Source: the human T2T-CHM13v2.0 reference genome, Homo sapiens
Length of the DNA stretch: 64,000 nt
Strand: one strand, 5' to 3'
Assembly: GCF_009914755.1 (NCBI RefSeq)
Contig: NC_060928.1
The position numbers and the translations under genes were made by a program. The notes beneath the pieces were generated by a model that was given only the letters and a program-made list of their open reading frames with translations, was not told where the DNA came from and did not search any database. Below are positions 1 to 13,247 of the stretch, in pieces. Numbering within the stretch: the stretch's first letter is position 1; every line of letters starts with the position of its first letter.

Positions 1-390
1 TGCACACACTTGGTCCAGCACCCCCATATGCCTAGATACAAAGTGGGCATCACTTGTGTTCTTTGTTGTGCCTCATTCTGATGACCTTTTCGCCTGACAT
101 TTTCTTCCCACAGGCCTCATGAATGGCCAGGCTATGCTCCACTTCCTTCAAGTTGTTCATTTCTCTTCATCTCATGAACGTGAACCTGTCCTCAATTTCA
201 TTGCCATAAGATCTCCTCTTAGTAGGTGATGCCTAATTACTCTTTCCAATTAACATGCTATTCAAATTTGTCTAATGTTTCTTCCAGTTCTAAAATTTGA
301 TGACCACTGATCTGATGTGACCGTGTGATTGTTTCACAATTTGATGTGTGTGATGATATTAGTATGTACAATACATGCTGTTTACCTCTA

Positions 391-422
391 TCTAGTAACA
401 AATGTTTACATTTGTTACTAGA
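391..422. repeat. Perfect inverted repeat (15-bp arms, 2-nt loop)
   Basis: TCTAGTAACAAATGT-TT-ACATTTGTTACTAGA read directly. Confidence 0.95.
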
Positions 423-679
423 GTAAGCTTTAGGGGTAGAACTTGAGTCTCAAAGCTCACGTCTTGGGAAAAAAAAAAGATCTGGTATTGATAGAACCTT
501 GATAAATCCCTTGTTATAGCACATGTTTTTGTTTCCCAGAAGTAGGGCAAGAGCTCTCTGGCTTATCCAATCAGCTTCTTCTCCTGACTTTAGTAGAGAC
601 ACGGGCTTCATTACTGAGCTGGGAATTTAACTTCCCTCTGTCCTATGAAAAGTAGAAGATTTTCCTAAGAGAAACCTTC

Positions 680-975
680 AGTGAGAGCAGAACAGAAAAA
701 AGAGCAAAGAACTAACTGAAGGAGAGGGCAAGAAATCAGTGTAGTGTGGGGCAGCAGAAGGGAAGTGACAGGTCAAAGAAAATAGGAGAGAAAAGGAGAG
801 AGAGCTACCCAAGTAAACAGGAAAAGGGGAGGAAATACAGGGCAAAAGCAGAGAGCAGGGGAATTGGCATGACAAGAAAGTGGTGAAACACAGAGGATTC
901 CACCAGACAACAGAGAGCCCGGTAGAGAAGAGTGGGCTAGGATAAAGAGACAGGAAACAAATGGATTAAGACATA
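680..975. repeat. GA-rich low-complexity tract
   Basis: Strong purine bias on + strand (agag/gaaa/ggag runs). Confidence 0.65.
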
Positions 976-1459
976 GAGTAGCCATTGTCAGTTACCTGGG
1001 TAAGAAAAGATTGGTGGTCTAAATAAAATGCAGATTGTTCATTTACAATTCTGACTGTTTAAATTATTTATGGTACACCTTGGTGCTTCACTTAATCATG
1101 TTAAGTTACAGTTGTAATCTTATTAATTACTTGCAACCAGCTTTCTCAATGTACCATGTATAGAGGACAGCTTGTCAAGGGGTAGAAGTACTATAGCTTC
1201 ACTTTTAATCCAGTATCATCCAGTACACAAATTAGCCTTACACTGTTAGAATCTTCCTGATGATGACTGGCTGAACTAAGCATTAGTCTTGACAATACAA
1301 GTACTGCTGTGCCCATTTACAGAAAGGGAAGCAATTCTTTCCCAGAAAGTAAGATATGATTTAAATGCTTTGGCCTAATTAGCTGTGAAAAAGGACATGG
1401 CCCAGGTAAGGCTTCAGGAAAAGCCAATTAACACATGTGCATATGTCTCTCTCCATTCA

Positions 1460-2128
1460 CATCACCCAGCCTAGTCCAAGTCACCACCATCTCTTCACTT
1501 GCATTGTTACAGTAGTCTCTTAGCCGCTTTTCCCACCTCCACCTTTGATATCTCTAGTTATTCATGAGGTCCAAAATGAACTTTTAAAAATAACACCACA
1601 CTATCTCTATTTAGACTTTTCAACAGTTTCCCACTGCACAAGGGATACATTACCACAAGGAATTACACCAACTTGCCCTTGCAAATCTCATCTTTATGTT
1701 CAACTGTGCTGATCTTCATTTTCCTCCTCAGATGCGCAAATGCTTTCCCATCCCAGGGACTTCATGTTTGTTCTGCCCCAAAACTAAAACACTCTTCCCT
1801 GTTCTTCATCTGGCTAACCAATATTTGTGCTTTCTGTGTCAGCATAAACACTGTTTTCCTCAGACAAGATTTCCTGACTCCCAGCCTAGGCCAGGCCACT
1901 TCAAGGTGTGTGCTCTCCATAAAGTTTACTTCTTCTATATACATCAATTCACATAATTATACTTTAATACTTACTTGTATAATTGTTCGTGTGCTATGAC
2001 CCCCAGTTGGCTGTAAGTCCTATAAAGACAGAGGCCACATCCATCTTGCACATCCCTCTGTTCCTAGCACCTGCCATGGGTCCTATCAGCTGACAAGCAC
2101 TCAATATATTGTATGAATAAGTAAATAA
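1460..2128 (+). mobile_element. L2 LINE 3' fragment
   Basis: ctagtccaagtcaccaccatctc..., tgtaagtcctataaagacagagg..., ends cactcaatatattgtatgaataa, typical of the L2 3' end. Confidence 0.75.
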
Positions 2129-3789
2129 GATTCTAATTTCCAACATCCTAGACTTGTTTACAGTCCCACGGAGCCTGCTCAGGTAGAGCACATGCAATGC
2201 TTCCTATGCATGTGTTTGCAGAGAGAAGAGAGAGAAGCCCTTCTGCTTCTCCCACGTGTTACCATTTTGACCAGACTCAGTGCTGAAGCACTGATGAAAG
2301 GGATGGAGACAGTGAGCCTGTGAATGCCGTGTGCAGAACAGCACTTGCCTTTGTCCCCCATGAAAGTAATGTGATGCTCGGTATCCACAATCTTTTAATC
2401 TGGCTGCTGTAGGGTGAGAATTTGTGGTCCTTTTCTGTTAAGATGGAATCTTGCTGAAGGTCAGAATGTGGTTAGAGTCAAAGAGTGGCATCACTAGCAC
2501 TGTGTATAAAAGAAAGAATACAACTCGGATCTTTGGTTCTCTACCAACTTGACTCACTTTCTCCACAGCAAGGCTCATATTATCCTTTCCTAATGGAGTT
2601 TAGGATGCAATTGCAGTCCTCTTCAGACAAGTCTCCTGTCCCTTTTGCTTTATTCTGAAACAATGGAGTCCAAAATCTGTACTTCTTACATAGTACAGTG
2701 ACTAGCTTCTAACATTCCAGCATGGCTATCTCAAGGACTTTTGACTAAATGCTGCCAGTTCATTTGGAGTGATCTCTGGCAGGGCCAAATTCAGCATAAT
2801 GTAGCTTCCTGTTGTCTTCCTATATTCCTGTATGTTATTGTAAATATATTGACGTAAGCTGACCTATTATACATGCTTGTTCCCTTCTATGGTGATAGGG
2901 ACTAGGAAAGACAATGCACTGTTCACTCTAATGTAAGGGATCACATATAATTCTTATGATTTGATGATTCTCTTCTGGCACTCAAACCTGCTTGTAGCTT
3001 TTAGGATTCATGGCCACTGGTGGCATTAAACACTTAGGGCCTGTCATCACAAAAGGACACTTTGTACACAATTATCTTTCCAAAGGCTAGATCAGCCCAT
3101 GTCAATGTCATGTTTAATATTTAAACAAAACACACTTTACTGTCATTTGTATCTATTTACTCAGTCACCATCTGCAAAACCACTGTGAATAAAAATGGAA
3201 CTTGTGGTGCAAGAAAAATATATTGAGAATCATTGAGTTGGACAGACCTAGTGAGAAGGTTGTGTCTATTCAAACACCTGTCTTCCACCCTCCCACCATC
3301 TGTGCAATCACTTCACCCTTCAGCCTCACTAGTCCCCCTAACAATTACCCTGTCAAGAGGAGAGTGCAGCTCAGGTGGATTTAATGTGGGTTTAATATGG
3401 CCTGTTGAGTTTAATGTTTAATGTTGATTTTCTTTAAGTAACCATTTCTGTTCTTGCTATAAATCTATGTCTATATGTCTATGCTTAATTTGGATGATGA
3501 AGGCAACTTGGATTTAAGGCAAGAGCCAGTTTATATGTTTTATGAAGAGATTATAGATCAAATAAGCAGACGATAGACCTTCCAAAGCTATAAGTGAAAA
3601 CAGAAAAATGACGCGTAATTCACAGGTTACAGTGAAGTTAAAAGAGAGGGTTAATATTTTAATGTGTTGTTAAGAATTCTTTCACTCAAATTCTCAATCT
3701 GAATCTAATAGTCATCTATATACTGCTATAAAGGAAAGGGAAGAAGTTAATACGAAATTCAGACCTATTATCTGTTATTGGGTGTGATG

Positions 3790-3925
3790 CTAGAGAGTTT
3801 ATATTCATTTTCTCATCTAATAAAACAACTCTTCAAAGTGGGTGTTTTAAAGACAAAGAACCTGAGGTCAGAGGGTTTAAATATATTGGGATACCAGCCA
3901 AAGTCTGATTCAAAAGTATGCATTT
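3790..3925 (-). mobile_element. MIR fragment (degenerate)
   Basis: ctcatctaataaaacaactc...agaacctgaggtcagagggtttaa resembles the reverse MIR core. Confidence 0.5.
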
Positions 3926-4147
3926 TCCTCCCTAAATGGTCATATTATTTACCTGGTGATAGTATATCCATTAGTCGGAATGATTCAACCCTCTAAGGGT
4001 CTCACCTCACCATGTGTAATATAGTATGTTATATCACCTAAAGGACAAAAATGATTAGAAAAAAATGAAAATTGTAAGAAATTGTCCATCCAATTACCTA
4101 GACAGCATTCAAGCTCAAAGCATTTGGATAACCACAATTGTTCTATT

Positions 4148-4276
4148 TCTATTTATCCGAGGCATATTCCTTCATTGCCAACTATGTGTCAGGTGTTGGG
4201 ATTGACATTTTGGATAGAATTATAAGCAAGATGGAAATGCTCTCTTCTCTCACAGAGCCAAGTACCTACAGAGGAC
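4148..4276 (-). mobile_element. L2 3' fragment
   Basis: ccaactatgtgtcaggtgttgg...ctctcacagagc resembles the reverse L2 tail. Confidence 0.55.
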
Positions 4277-6560
4277 AGTGCAATGCAGATTGGCCTCTGT
4301 GGATTCTGAAGCAATATAGGGCTCAACGTTGCCTGCCTTAGAATGTGAGAAAATAAGTACAAATAGATGCTGCTTCTTTGAAGTAATGTATAAAATTTAA
4401 AGAAGATAGCAGGATCAGTAGTGTTTTATATTTCGTCAGGCTTTAAATATTTATGTTTCAGATACACTTTGACCATGATACTTCATAAATATGAGGCAAG
4501 TTGTTAAAAGAGAAGTTGGTGGTTGATTTCCTGAATTTGCCAACATGTTGACACCACCAAGTACCTTTATATTTTGCAGGTATACTGAGGAAGAGCATAG
4601 TTGGCCTTCAATGCCAATACGCAGCACCTCAGTGCTAAACTAAGGTATTCCTATCTAAATAGTAAGGTACTTAGTATCATTCAGCAGGATGCATAGGTCA
4701 TAAGTCCTTCCCAAAGGAAAAATTGCTGTCTTTCAGAAAAGAGCCAAGAGTAGAAAGAGGTGCTCACTCACTCCTTATCCTTTGAATTAGTAAGGACAAT
4801 CAACAAATTCATAAGAGATACTTGAGCATGTCACATCAATTTCTTTGATTTTTAGATGAAATGTGTTTTGTGTTGCTCTAAAGTTAGGCACTCATTATGC
4901 ATAATTAACCCCTTACATAGAACAGCTGCTGGCTTTTACAATGATTTCAACCCAGAGCTGAGTGTACCCATTGTTGGTGTTTACTGTGGTGAACTTAATC
5001 AAATTTGTGATATATGCATCATTTGATGTAATTATCAAATATATGGAAAAAAAAACTAGAGAAAAGCATGGCGTGTTCATCTTCACTTAGAAAAGTTAAC
5101 TCTGAAGTAATTATGGGCTATTATGCTGGAAATTATTTTAATTTTTTTAAAAATGAAAATTATTGGAATTTAATACTAAATACAATTCTGTGATTGTTTA
5201 TGAAAAAGAGGTACCAGTATGTTTCCCATGAGTGAAGAGGACTGAAGAGGCAATCAAATCACCAGGATAGGCCTCCATGGATAATCCAGGAATCGGGAAA
5301 GCTTGGCCTTAACTCTGACTTTCAAACTTTGCTAACATATTTAATCTCTACTTTTCCCATTTATAAACTTGGAAGATAATCATCAAGAAGCATGCACATG
5401 TAGCATTCTAAACACTTTAAGTTGGAAATTGTTACCAAAGATAGAAAAATGTAATTCTCGGCATATAGTCCTACATTGAAACACCAAAATGGTTTGTCTA
5501 TGCCACCAAATTAGAGATCTTGTAGTGGATTCTGTTGTGATGCTTTATGCATTTTGAGAAGTTAGGAAAACTTGGAGGAAATGTAATGTAATCATTAAGC
5601 AGTATTCTGCCCCCTTTTACTTTTGAAGTGTACATATCTCTCATTCACTCTGTTGGAGATACACTGGAATTGGCAATCATTGTTTCACAAATAAGATAGC
5701 TGAGGAAAGGGGAACTTGCAAAGTCACAGCAGGTTAGATAAAGAGATATTGCCACAGTTCTTTAGTTTATACCTTTTTATTCTTAATCCTGCCCAGATAG
5801 ACAGAGATGTAGAAATTTAATATAACATATTTTAGACTACAAAGGCCTAAAATAAAAGCTGTGTCATGAGCACAGTGATCCTTTTTCAAATTATGAAAGT
5901 AAAATTTGGCTAAGGGAATATATTCAAATTTTAACTGCCAATGTACAATATTTCTGTTAAATCAGCTTTCCTGGACTATTCTAAATATCATTTATGGCAT
6001 TGAAGCAATGTGTTTTGGAGTGATGGACTTTGAAGGCTGTTCTGGAAGTTAGAGATTCTAATTATTCTTTTTGGGATAAAAATAATAATTTGGTCACCAT
6101 TTATTTTGGGAGAAAATTATCACCAATTATTTTCTTTCTAAATAACCTTTAATTGAATTCAACTAGTTCTCAATATAACTGCTTGACTGCATTCAACCTG
6201 TTTTGCCAAGTTAATTTGATTGAGTAGATTCACTTTATATTCAAGATCCTTTTTAAAATTCTCTTTCATAAAGCAGAACCCTATAAAATTGAATAAGAAA
6301 ATAATCACAAAGGATCATTTTGCATATTGTCTGCTTCTGGAAGAGACAATGCCATTTATCACAAAAGGAAGCAAAATCATTTTTGAAGTATGATTACCTA
6401 AGGTTATTCTGTAACCAGATGTCTAAGTTGTCTTATAAGCATCATTTTCACAGATAACTTCCTTGTGACTTATTCCATTTGCAGACATGTAGAAGCCCTC
6501 AGTATAAAAATATATAAAGAAAATTCCCCATCAACTATTTCTTACTCCAATCTAAAGGAC

Positions 6561-6650
6561 ATAGAAAATTTTAGTTTACAACAATTATGTAAATGCCCAT
6601 TACTGATAGAAAATTTTAGCTTACAACAATTCTGTAAATGCACTTTAATG
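6561..6650. repeat. 45-bp tandem duplication
   Basis: atagaaaattttagtttacaacaattatgtaaatgcccattactg followed by atagaaaattttagcttacaacaattctgtaaatgcactttaatg. Confidence 0.9.
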
Positions 6651-8012
6651 ATGGGAAAACACAGTCTCCACTGAAGTACATGGGCTTTAAAAATAAATCA
6701 CTTTAAGTATATCTTTTCAAAAACAAACAAAAATCATATTAACAAAATGTATTTAAAAGACCTCAAATATTATCTTTCCATACTTTTGAATTACATGTTG
6801 AGAAGAAAGAAAGAGAGAGAGCGAAGGAAGCAAAAAAGAAAAAAGAAATGAAAAAAGGAAAGAAAAAAGGAATTATCTGTGTTTCTACAACAAAATAATG
6901 GAAAGAGTTTGCACTGGCTACTTAGGACAAAGGCTGATGCAGAGTGACACTTCATGCCAACAAAAGGTTATTGAATATTCTGCCTTTTCTTAGAGATGCT
7001 TTGGTATTTAACATATTGATATCTTCTGACAATTTTCCTAAAGGATATCATAGGATAGGTGCAGAGATTTCACTACTCAGGACCATTTATCTTTTTTTAA
7101 AAAACTAAAATACATATTGTTCTTTAGATACATTTTTGTCCTCTAAAGAGAAAATTAAAGCAAAGTCAACATTGAGATGAAGTAATAGCAGAATGCAGAG
7201 ACTTGGAAAATGCCGAATTTTCATAGTTTTGTGTTGATAGCAATGTATGTGGTGTTACTACAGAGAGATCTGTTAAAAAGACTAAGAAGCATATATTCTG
7301 ATTCATAGAATTCCCATTGAAGACATTCAGAAAAAAAGAGAAATCTTTCCAAAATTATGCAAATGAAGCATATATAATCTGTGTCTCGATGACAGTGTGT
7401 TTTCAACTCTCTCTCTTCCATTTTGTTATGACATACTTCAAGATTTTACCACAGAAAACTACAAAAGGAAAATCACTTCAGTATACAAACATATGCACAT
7501 GTTAAGGGAGGAAGGATTTAAAGCATTTACATTAATAAATCAAATTTGGGAGGGGTTTTCATGAGTAAGTTATAGATGGGCCAATCAAGTAAGTATAACC
7601 ACCAGTAAAAGTTAAAAAAGGAAGCATACTATTTGGGTCATCTTCATGAGTTCTAATTAAAATTCATATGGAGAGTTATTTGTAAAAATCAGCTGGGCCA
7701 CTGTCTGATTTTCAACCAAGAACTGAAAACCACTGGTTCATCTACTTCTTGAGAAAAATATTATTGAACACCAGCTGTATGCCAACCACCATTCTATCTG
7801 TATGCACAAGCCATTGTAGGTGCTAGAGGGGAAACCAATAACCAACTTTTGTTTTGTTTTCTCAAACTGATGTCTCATGAAGACAAATGAAAGAGAGAAC
7901 ACAGAAGACGGCAACAGAGGAAGCTTTCAAGAGAGAAAGGGAGAAGGGGGATTTTCAGATACACTATCTACGGATGATCATCAAAGCATTTATATTTGGA
8001 CAGTTTATTTTT

Positions 8013-8042
8013 AAAGCAGTAATTGTCAAAGCAGTAATTGAC
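8013..8042. repeat. 15-bp tandem duplication
   Basis: aaagcagtaattgtc / aaagcagtaattgac. Confidence 0.85.
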
Positions 8043-9444
8043 TTATACCAAAGCAGGCAAAAAATGGTTTGGCTCCTTTGCTTCTTAACAGTGAGCAGTC
8101 TGTGCAGAGAGGCAGGCCTGAGCTCTACTTCCAGCTCCACCACTGAGCTCCAAGTTTCTCAACCTTTCTGGGCCTCAGGAACCTCATCTGTACAACAAGG
8201 GACTAAAAACCCTTCCAGTTCTCCCTGTTATTCATCTGAATCCTGGCCAGGCACCACAAATATGTGTTACTGTGTGACAGTAAAATGTTTGGTGTAGCCT
8301 GCAAATGGCTCATCAAAAATCGTTTTCCATTCCTAGAGAAAATAACTAACAACTTGTTCTACTATAGGTGAGTTAGAAGCATCATCTTTAAATATGAAAC
8401 AGAAAATCCTGACTTTTCCTGTTAATATGAATTAAGGAGAACCCAAAAGCAAATATTTGCTGAATGTACTTTATACTAACCCCTTACTTGCTTAAAACAA
8501 ACAAAAACAAACAAACCCAAGCTTGTTTTAGATTATATACTGAGCTCTAAATATGAACAGATAGATATATTTAAAGAAAACAAAGTCTTCTGATATACAT
8601 TTATTTTTCCTAAGTGGATGTTGAATCTCAAATCCACATCAAAAAAAAGAAAATTATTCCTTTATCCCAAGTGTAGTCTGGGACAGATTTTCCATGATTA
8701 AAATCTTCAAATACTTTCTTGACCCAGACTTTACTCCATTATCTGTCATTTTTGTTCCGATTCAGACAGACGTATGAGATCGGACTCATTCTGAGTCAAG
8801 CCAAGTTTTTTAACTTGCCAGAAGTGTTCTTTGTGGAAACAGGATTGTGGTGCAGGGAGGACTGGATGACATTCTTAAAATGAATAGTAAATATATAGTT
8901 TTCTTTCCACTCCCCGTCAGTTGTGAGGTATATGACTGCAGGCACTGGAGTCTGAGGAAGAAAACTGAGTTGCATTTTCCTTGAATTTAAGCACGTTTAT
9001 TTGCCCTTCTTTAAAAAAAAAAATCCCTTGAGTTTCTACTTCTAAAGCTTTCACCTGGTCTTCCTACTTGTTTCCGTCTGAGGTAATATCCCTGGAGTCT
9101 GAAATCACTGATCATATTTTCAAGTGCTAAAATGTCAGTACGAATCTAGATTTTAGCATCAGGGGGAGGAATAAATATAGAACCAGAAGAACTTGTCTGA
9201 AACTAAGACCCTATTTAGGGATAATAAAAACCACCTAATGTATGTTACTATCATTTGGGTTTCAAAGTAGAATGCTTTTTAAGCACTTGCTTTCAAGTTC
9301 CACCATACTAATAGTTGTAGCACTTTGTCAGGGCTTGGCTTCGTTCTTAAACATTAATTGTTCATGTGTCCAGAAATATATAATGGAATGTCATAAACAC
9401 AGAAATTTTAAGATCACGGAGTTCACAGAAGTATATTTCCTTAC

Positions 9445-10140
9445 CTCTCATGACCTTTATACCCTTAGAATTTCAGAACAGGGATCATTAGTGCCTAAAC
9501 CTAATATAAATCTTCCAGAACTTCCTCTCTCTTCATAGTGAATTAAAGAGTTTTTTTCAACATCATTTTTTTCTCTCTTCTAGTAACTTTAAAATGGGGG
9601 TCTCTACTCCACACAAATAATTTGCTCCTTGCAAATTATTTCTCTAATGAAGAACTACTGTTGCCCTTGCTGTTATTCTTTTCCTTGACTTCCACCTTCC
9701 CTTTTTCCTTGCATGTCTCAAGTTTCTTACAAATGCCACTCCTTTTCTTTCCAACCATTGTTTGTTGGCGGTCAGTTCTGGCTGGCATGGGCTCTTTCCA
9801 AGCAGGGCTTTCCCTCCGCTTTTCTCCAGGGGCTCCTCAGCCTGAGCCTCCAGCAGCCGCCTCGCTCCTTGTCCTCCTCCATATTCTTCCCACCACTCCA
9901 GAAAGACATCCACTGTCAAGTTAACCACCGGCCTGGAACTTTTCAAGGAATTTTTCAAAGCTCCTGGGCCTACCCTCTCCCTCTCCTCCAAGAGCCGTGA
10001 TCGGAGCCAGCGCACACCTTTTGGAGTTGGGGCGGGCAGCAGAAGCCTTTGGTTTTGCCTGCTGGAAGATTACTGCTTCCTTGTGGTGGAGATACTGTGC
10101 TCTTCAGAGAGCCGGTAGTGAGGCTGTCACTCTCCGCTGG
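9445..10140 (-). promoter_or_regulatory. Candidate promoter or first exon (GC- and CpG-enriched unique segment)
   Basis: About 11 CpG in 9760-10140, GC box GGGGCGGG at 10029-10036, minus-strand donors TTT|GTAAGA (9730) and GAG|GTAAGG (9444). Confidence 0.35.
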
Positions 10141-12194
10141 GTTCAGAGGGGTTTTTTTGTTGTTGTTTTTTTTTTTTATTGTCCCTGTCAGTTAGCAGCC
10201 CAAGGTTACTGCCAGCTCTCTGTCAGGGCTTTGATTTTTGTCAGCTATGGCCAGGTCCTTTTAGTTATCTGCTATCTTTTCAGCTTTGTTCAGGCTCAGC
10301 TCTACTTGTCTACTAATTAGCTCTTTGGAGATTTCCCTTTTAAAACTCACTATCACAGAGGACAGGAACCGTTCAAAAGTTTTGTGCTTCATAGAAATTC
10401 CATATTCATCCATATCCCATACAGCCATATTTTTAAAATTAAAAGTGGCAGGTCAGGCCAATTTAAGGTATAGAAGTAACATTGTCTATAAAGAGAGACC
10501 TTCAGGTTCTTGATCAGGTATGGAGATGAGTGACAGGGAAGGAAAAGGTTTACATCAAAAAACACTGAGGGGTACAAATTAAAAAGAAACGATCACTCTG
10601 TATAACATATTCACATTTTCTTTATCTTCTAGTGTGCAAATATTGTGCTAGCTGAATATAAAAGTAGCACAACTTTAGGGTACAAAAAAAAAAACACACT
10701 GTAATAACATCAAGAGTGGTCTTACATCAAGGAGGGCCCTGAGGATGTCTTTGTTGTCAACTTCAGAAGAAAAGAGAGGAACAGAAGAGGAAACTGGCAG
10801 AAGGAATAGATGCCAAAGAGAACTCAAAGGATTAGGTCCGGGTGAGGTGATCGGTATTCGAAAACAGTCTGCCTTCTGGCTCTGATCTAAGGGAATAGGC
10901 TGGCAGCCAAGCCAGAGGGCATAGCAGCACAAACACACCTTCAGCACACTGCTAGAGGGTTGCCTCAGTGCCTTAGAAATTGCGCTAGCAATTAGAAATA
11001 AAGCTATGTAAGAGCAATAGGCAAAATACTCTATTTATGGGTAAAACTCTGCTTTTTACATAAGTCCCATCCTGGTTGTCCCCTCCACATAAACATACCT
11101 TTTTCTTTTTTCTTATTGTAAGACCCCCTTCTTTTTATGCTAAGTGCATTTTTCTTCTGCTAACTTAGTGCAGTTGTAAGTTGCGCTTACATTGCATTTA
11201 CACACTGTTAATGTCTGCAAGATGAAAGTAAAAACCTTTGAATATATTAATGTTATAACACAGATGTCTTACTTTTTACTCTTTTTTTTAAAGCAAGTTG
11301 ATGTGGCTAATAATGATGCAGATTGTGCTGGATGGATGTGCAGATGAAACAGGGGAATACAGATTAAATAAAAATTTCTTCAAAGCTTACGTTTGCTTCA
11401 TAATTTAACTTCTGGGCTTGTCTCAGTGGTAGTAGGTGCGACCAGCCATCATAACATTGTTCTAAAACATCTTGGCATCAGAGAGAAACAATCACCCAAA
11501 TAACATTGCTGTACTTCTTCGAAACCCAAGAAAAATAATCACGGGGAAAATAAAGACTTCCAGTGGCTCTGTACAGAGAAGCTTGACCCAACTGCTAATA
11601 ATGGGTAAGCAGTGAGAAATCAGGGACAAAGGTTTTGTGCTTAAGAAGCTAACTGCTTGTGTACTACCTTTGCTCTTTGTGGCTACATTCAAAGCGTCAG
11701 CAGCCTCTTCTCCCAAATACTGAATGTGGTGTGTGCCAGAGGTGGTCATATACTCACTCTACCATCCGTGGAATGACTCTATCTATCAACAAGCTCTTTT
11801 CAACAATAAACAGAGGGGCATTGATGACATAAGGACTTGGAACAGGCACAATCAATTTCTCTTTCGTGTATCTGTTCATTCAAGAAGCATTTTGCACATG
11901 ATATTCCATGCTAGGGATTTTGCCATGTCCCTAAAATAGGAGGGTGGGTAAGACCCAACTCCCTTCCTCAAGGAATTCATCCTTTAATGGAGAGGACACT
12001 TGTAAGCAGAAAACCTATAATTTCATCTCTTTTGAAGGCATGTAAAAGTGCTGGGGATCTCCAAGGAGGGAATACACTGTTTTCTAGGCCACATGTGTTG
12101 AGACTATAACTGGGGTCTGCATCTTTCATGTGTGGAGAGAAGCTTACCCAGTGGACAAGGATGATGGAGAGACTTGAAGTCATAGATAATCAGC

Positions 12195-12590
12195 AGCATT
12201 GGGGATGGTGAGAATGTCAGTGTGGCCAGAGCTTAGGCTGTGCATTTGAGGAGAGGAGAGGGAATAGAGAGAGGCAATAAGACTAGGGAATTGGGCTTTG
12301 AGCAGAGTACATGGACTCATATGCTAAGCTAAGACATTTAGAATTCACCCTACAGACAACAGGGAGCCAACTGGAACCTTCCACAAAGAGGAAGGATGAC
12401 AATCAGATGTCCTTTCTACACTAACTCTGATGGTTCTATGGAAAGGATATTGACCCCTCTAGAACAGACTGGCACAAGGAGACCACTTAAGACACGTGTA
12501 GTTCTCCAGACTGAGATGATGGTAGTGTCAGCTGAAGAAAAGAGGCTGGATTTAAGAGACACTGTTGGGGGACTTAGATTAGCAGAATAG
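12195..12590 (-). mobile_element. L2 fragment
   Basis: cagtgtggccagagc...gggagccaactgg...ggagaccacttaag...gagatgatggtag...ggatttaagagac matches reverse L2. Confidence 0.75.
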
Positions 12591-12774
12591 AGCTTCAACT
12601 AAAAATTTCTGCCAATGACCACCTCATTATCCTACCTCTTCAATACTCTCTATCCTGAGGTGGGCAGTTCCAATGTAACATGCTGGGAATCCCACGCCTC
12701 CTTCTGAGGAAAAGGAACTCAGTTCATAGGCATTTAATAAGACACATAAAAAAAAGATCATTCCTCTTCCCTCT

Positions 12775-12901
12775 TACCTGTGAGCTTTGTGAAGACAAAC
12801 ACCATGCCCCTATCCAACTGTTTCTCCCAGTACCTGAAAGAATATTGAAGATGACACACTCTTCTTAATGTTTGAATGAATGAATGAATGAATCTGAATG
12901 A
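12775..12901 (+). mobile_element. L2 3' end with (GAAT)n tail
   Basis: tgtgagctttgtgaagac...cccagtacctg...aatgtttgaatgaatgaatgaatgaa. Confidence 0.75.
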
Positions 12902-13161
12902 GTGACAAAACTGGGATGCAAAAACTCTCCACAGATTGGAAAAAAGCATTGCATTTGTTTAAAATGTTCTTAGAGTGTAAAGACTACTTTATTTTATTGT
13001 GAGGTGGGGGAAGTGACCAGTTAATTATAAATAACAACAAAGCTACCCACTTGTGCTATTCGGAAACAAGGGTCCATCCCTCCATAGAAATAAGACTAAG
13101 TATGTGTTATTAAGGTAGTGGTCTGCAATGCTGATATCTTGGCTTTCCAAGTGATACTCAC

Positions 13162-13247
13162 AGCATGAATATATGGATACATGGCAGATTTGCTTCAGGG
13201 AGTGGCTGTCCAGGCCGTGTGCTTTTGGAGGTGGTGAGCTCTTGATG
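13162..13247 (-). ncRNA. Candidate non-coding exon (86 nt)
   Basis: Minus strand: branch-like gctgat, ctctcttctcttgcag| acceptor and GCT|GTGAGT donor; no recognisable protein. Confidence 0.35.

Noticed and set aside
4580-4644. 65-nt plus-strand exon candidate
   Set aside because: Weak donor (GTATTC), no partner exon, and against the inferred strand
9644-10015. 123-aa minus-strand ORF
   Set aside because: GTG start and no recognisable homology; better explained by GC/purine-rich composition
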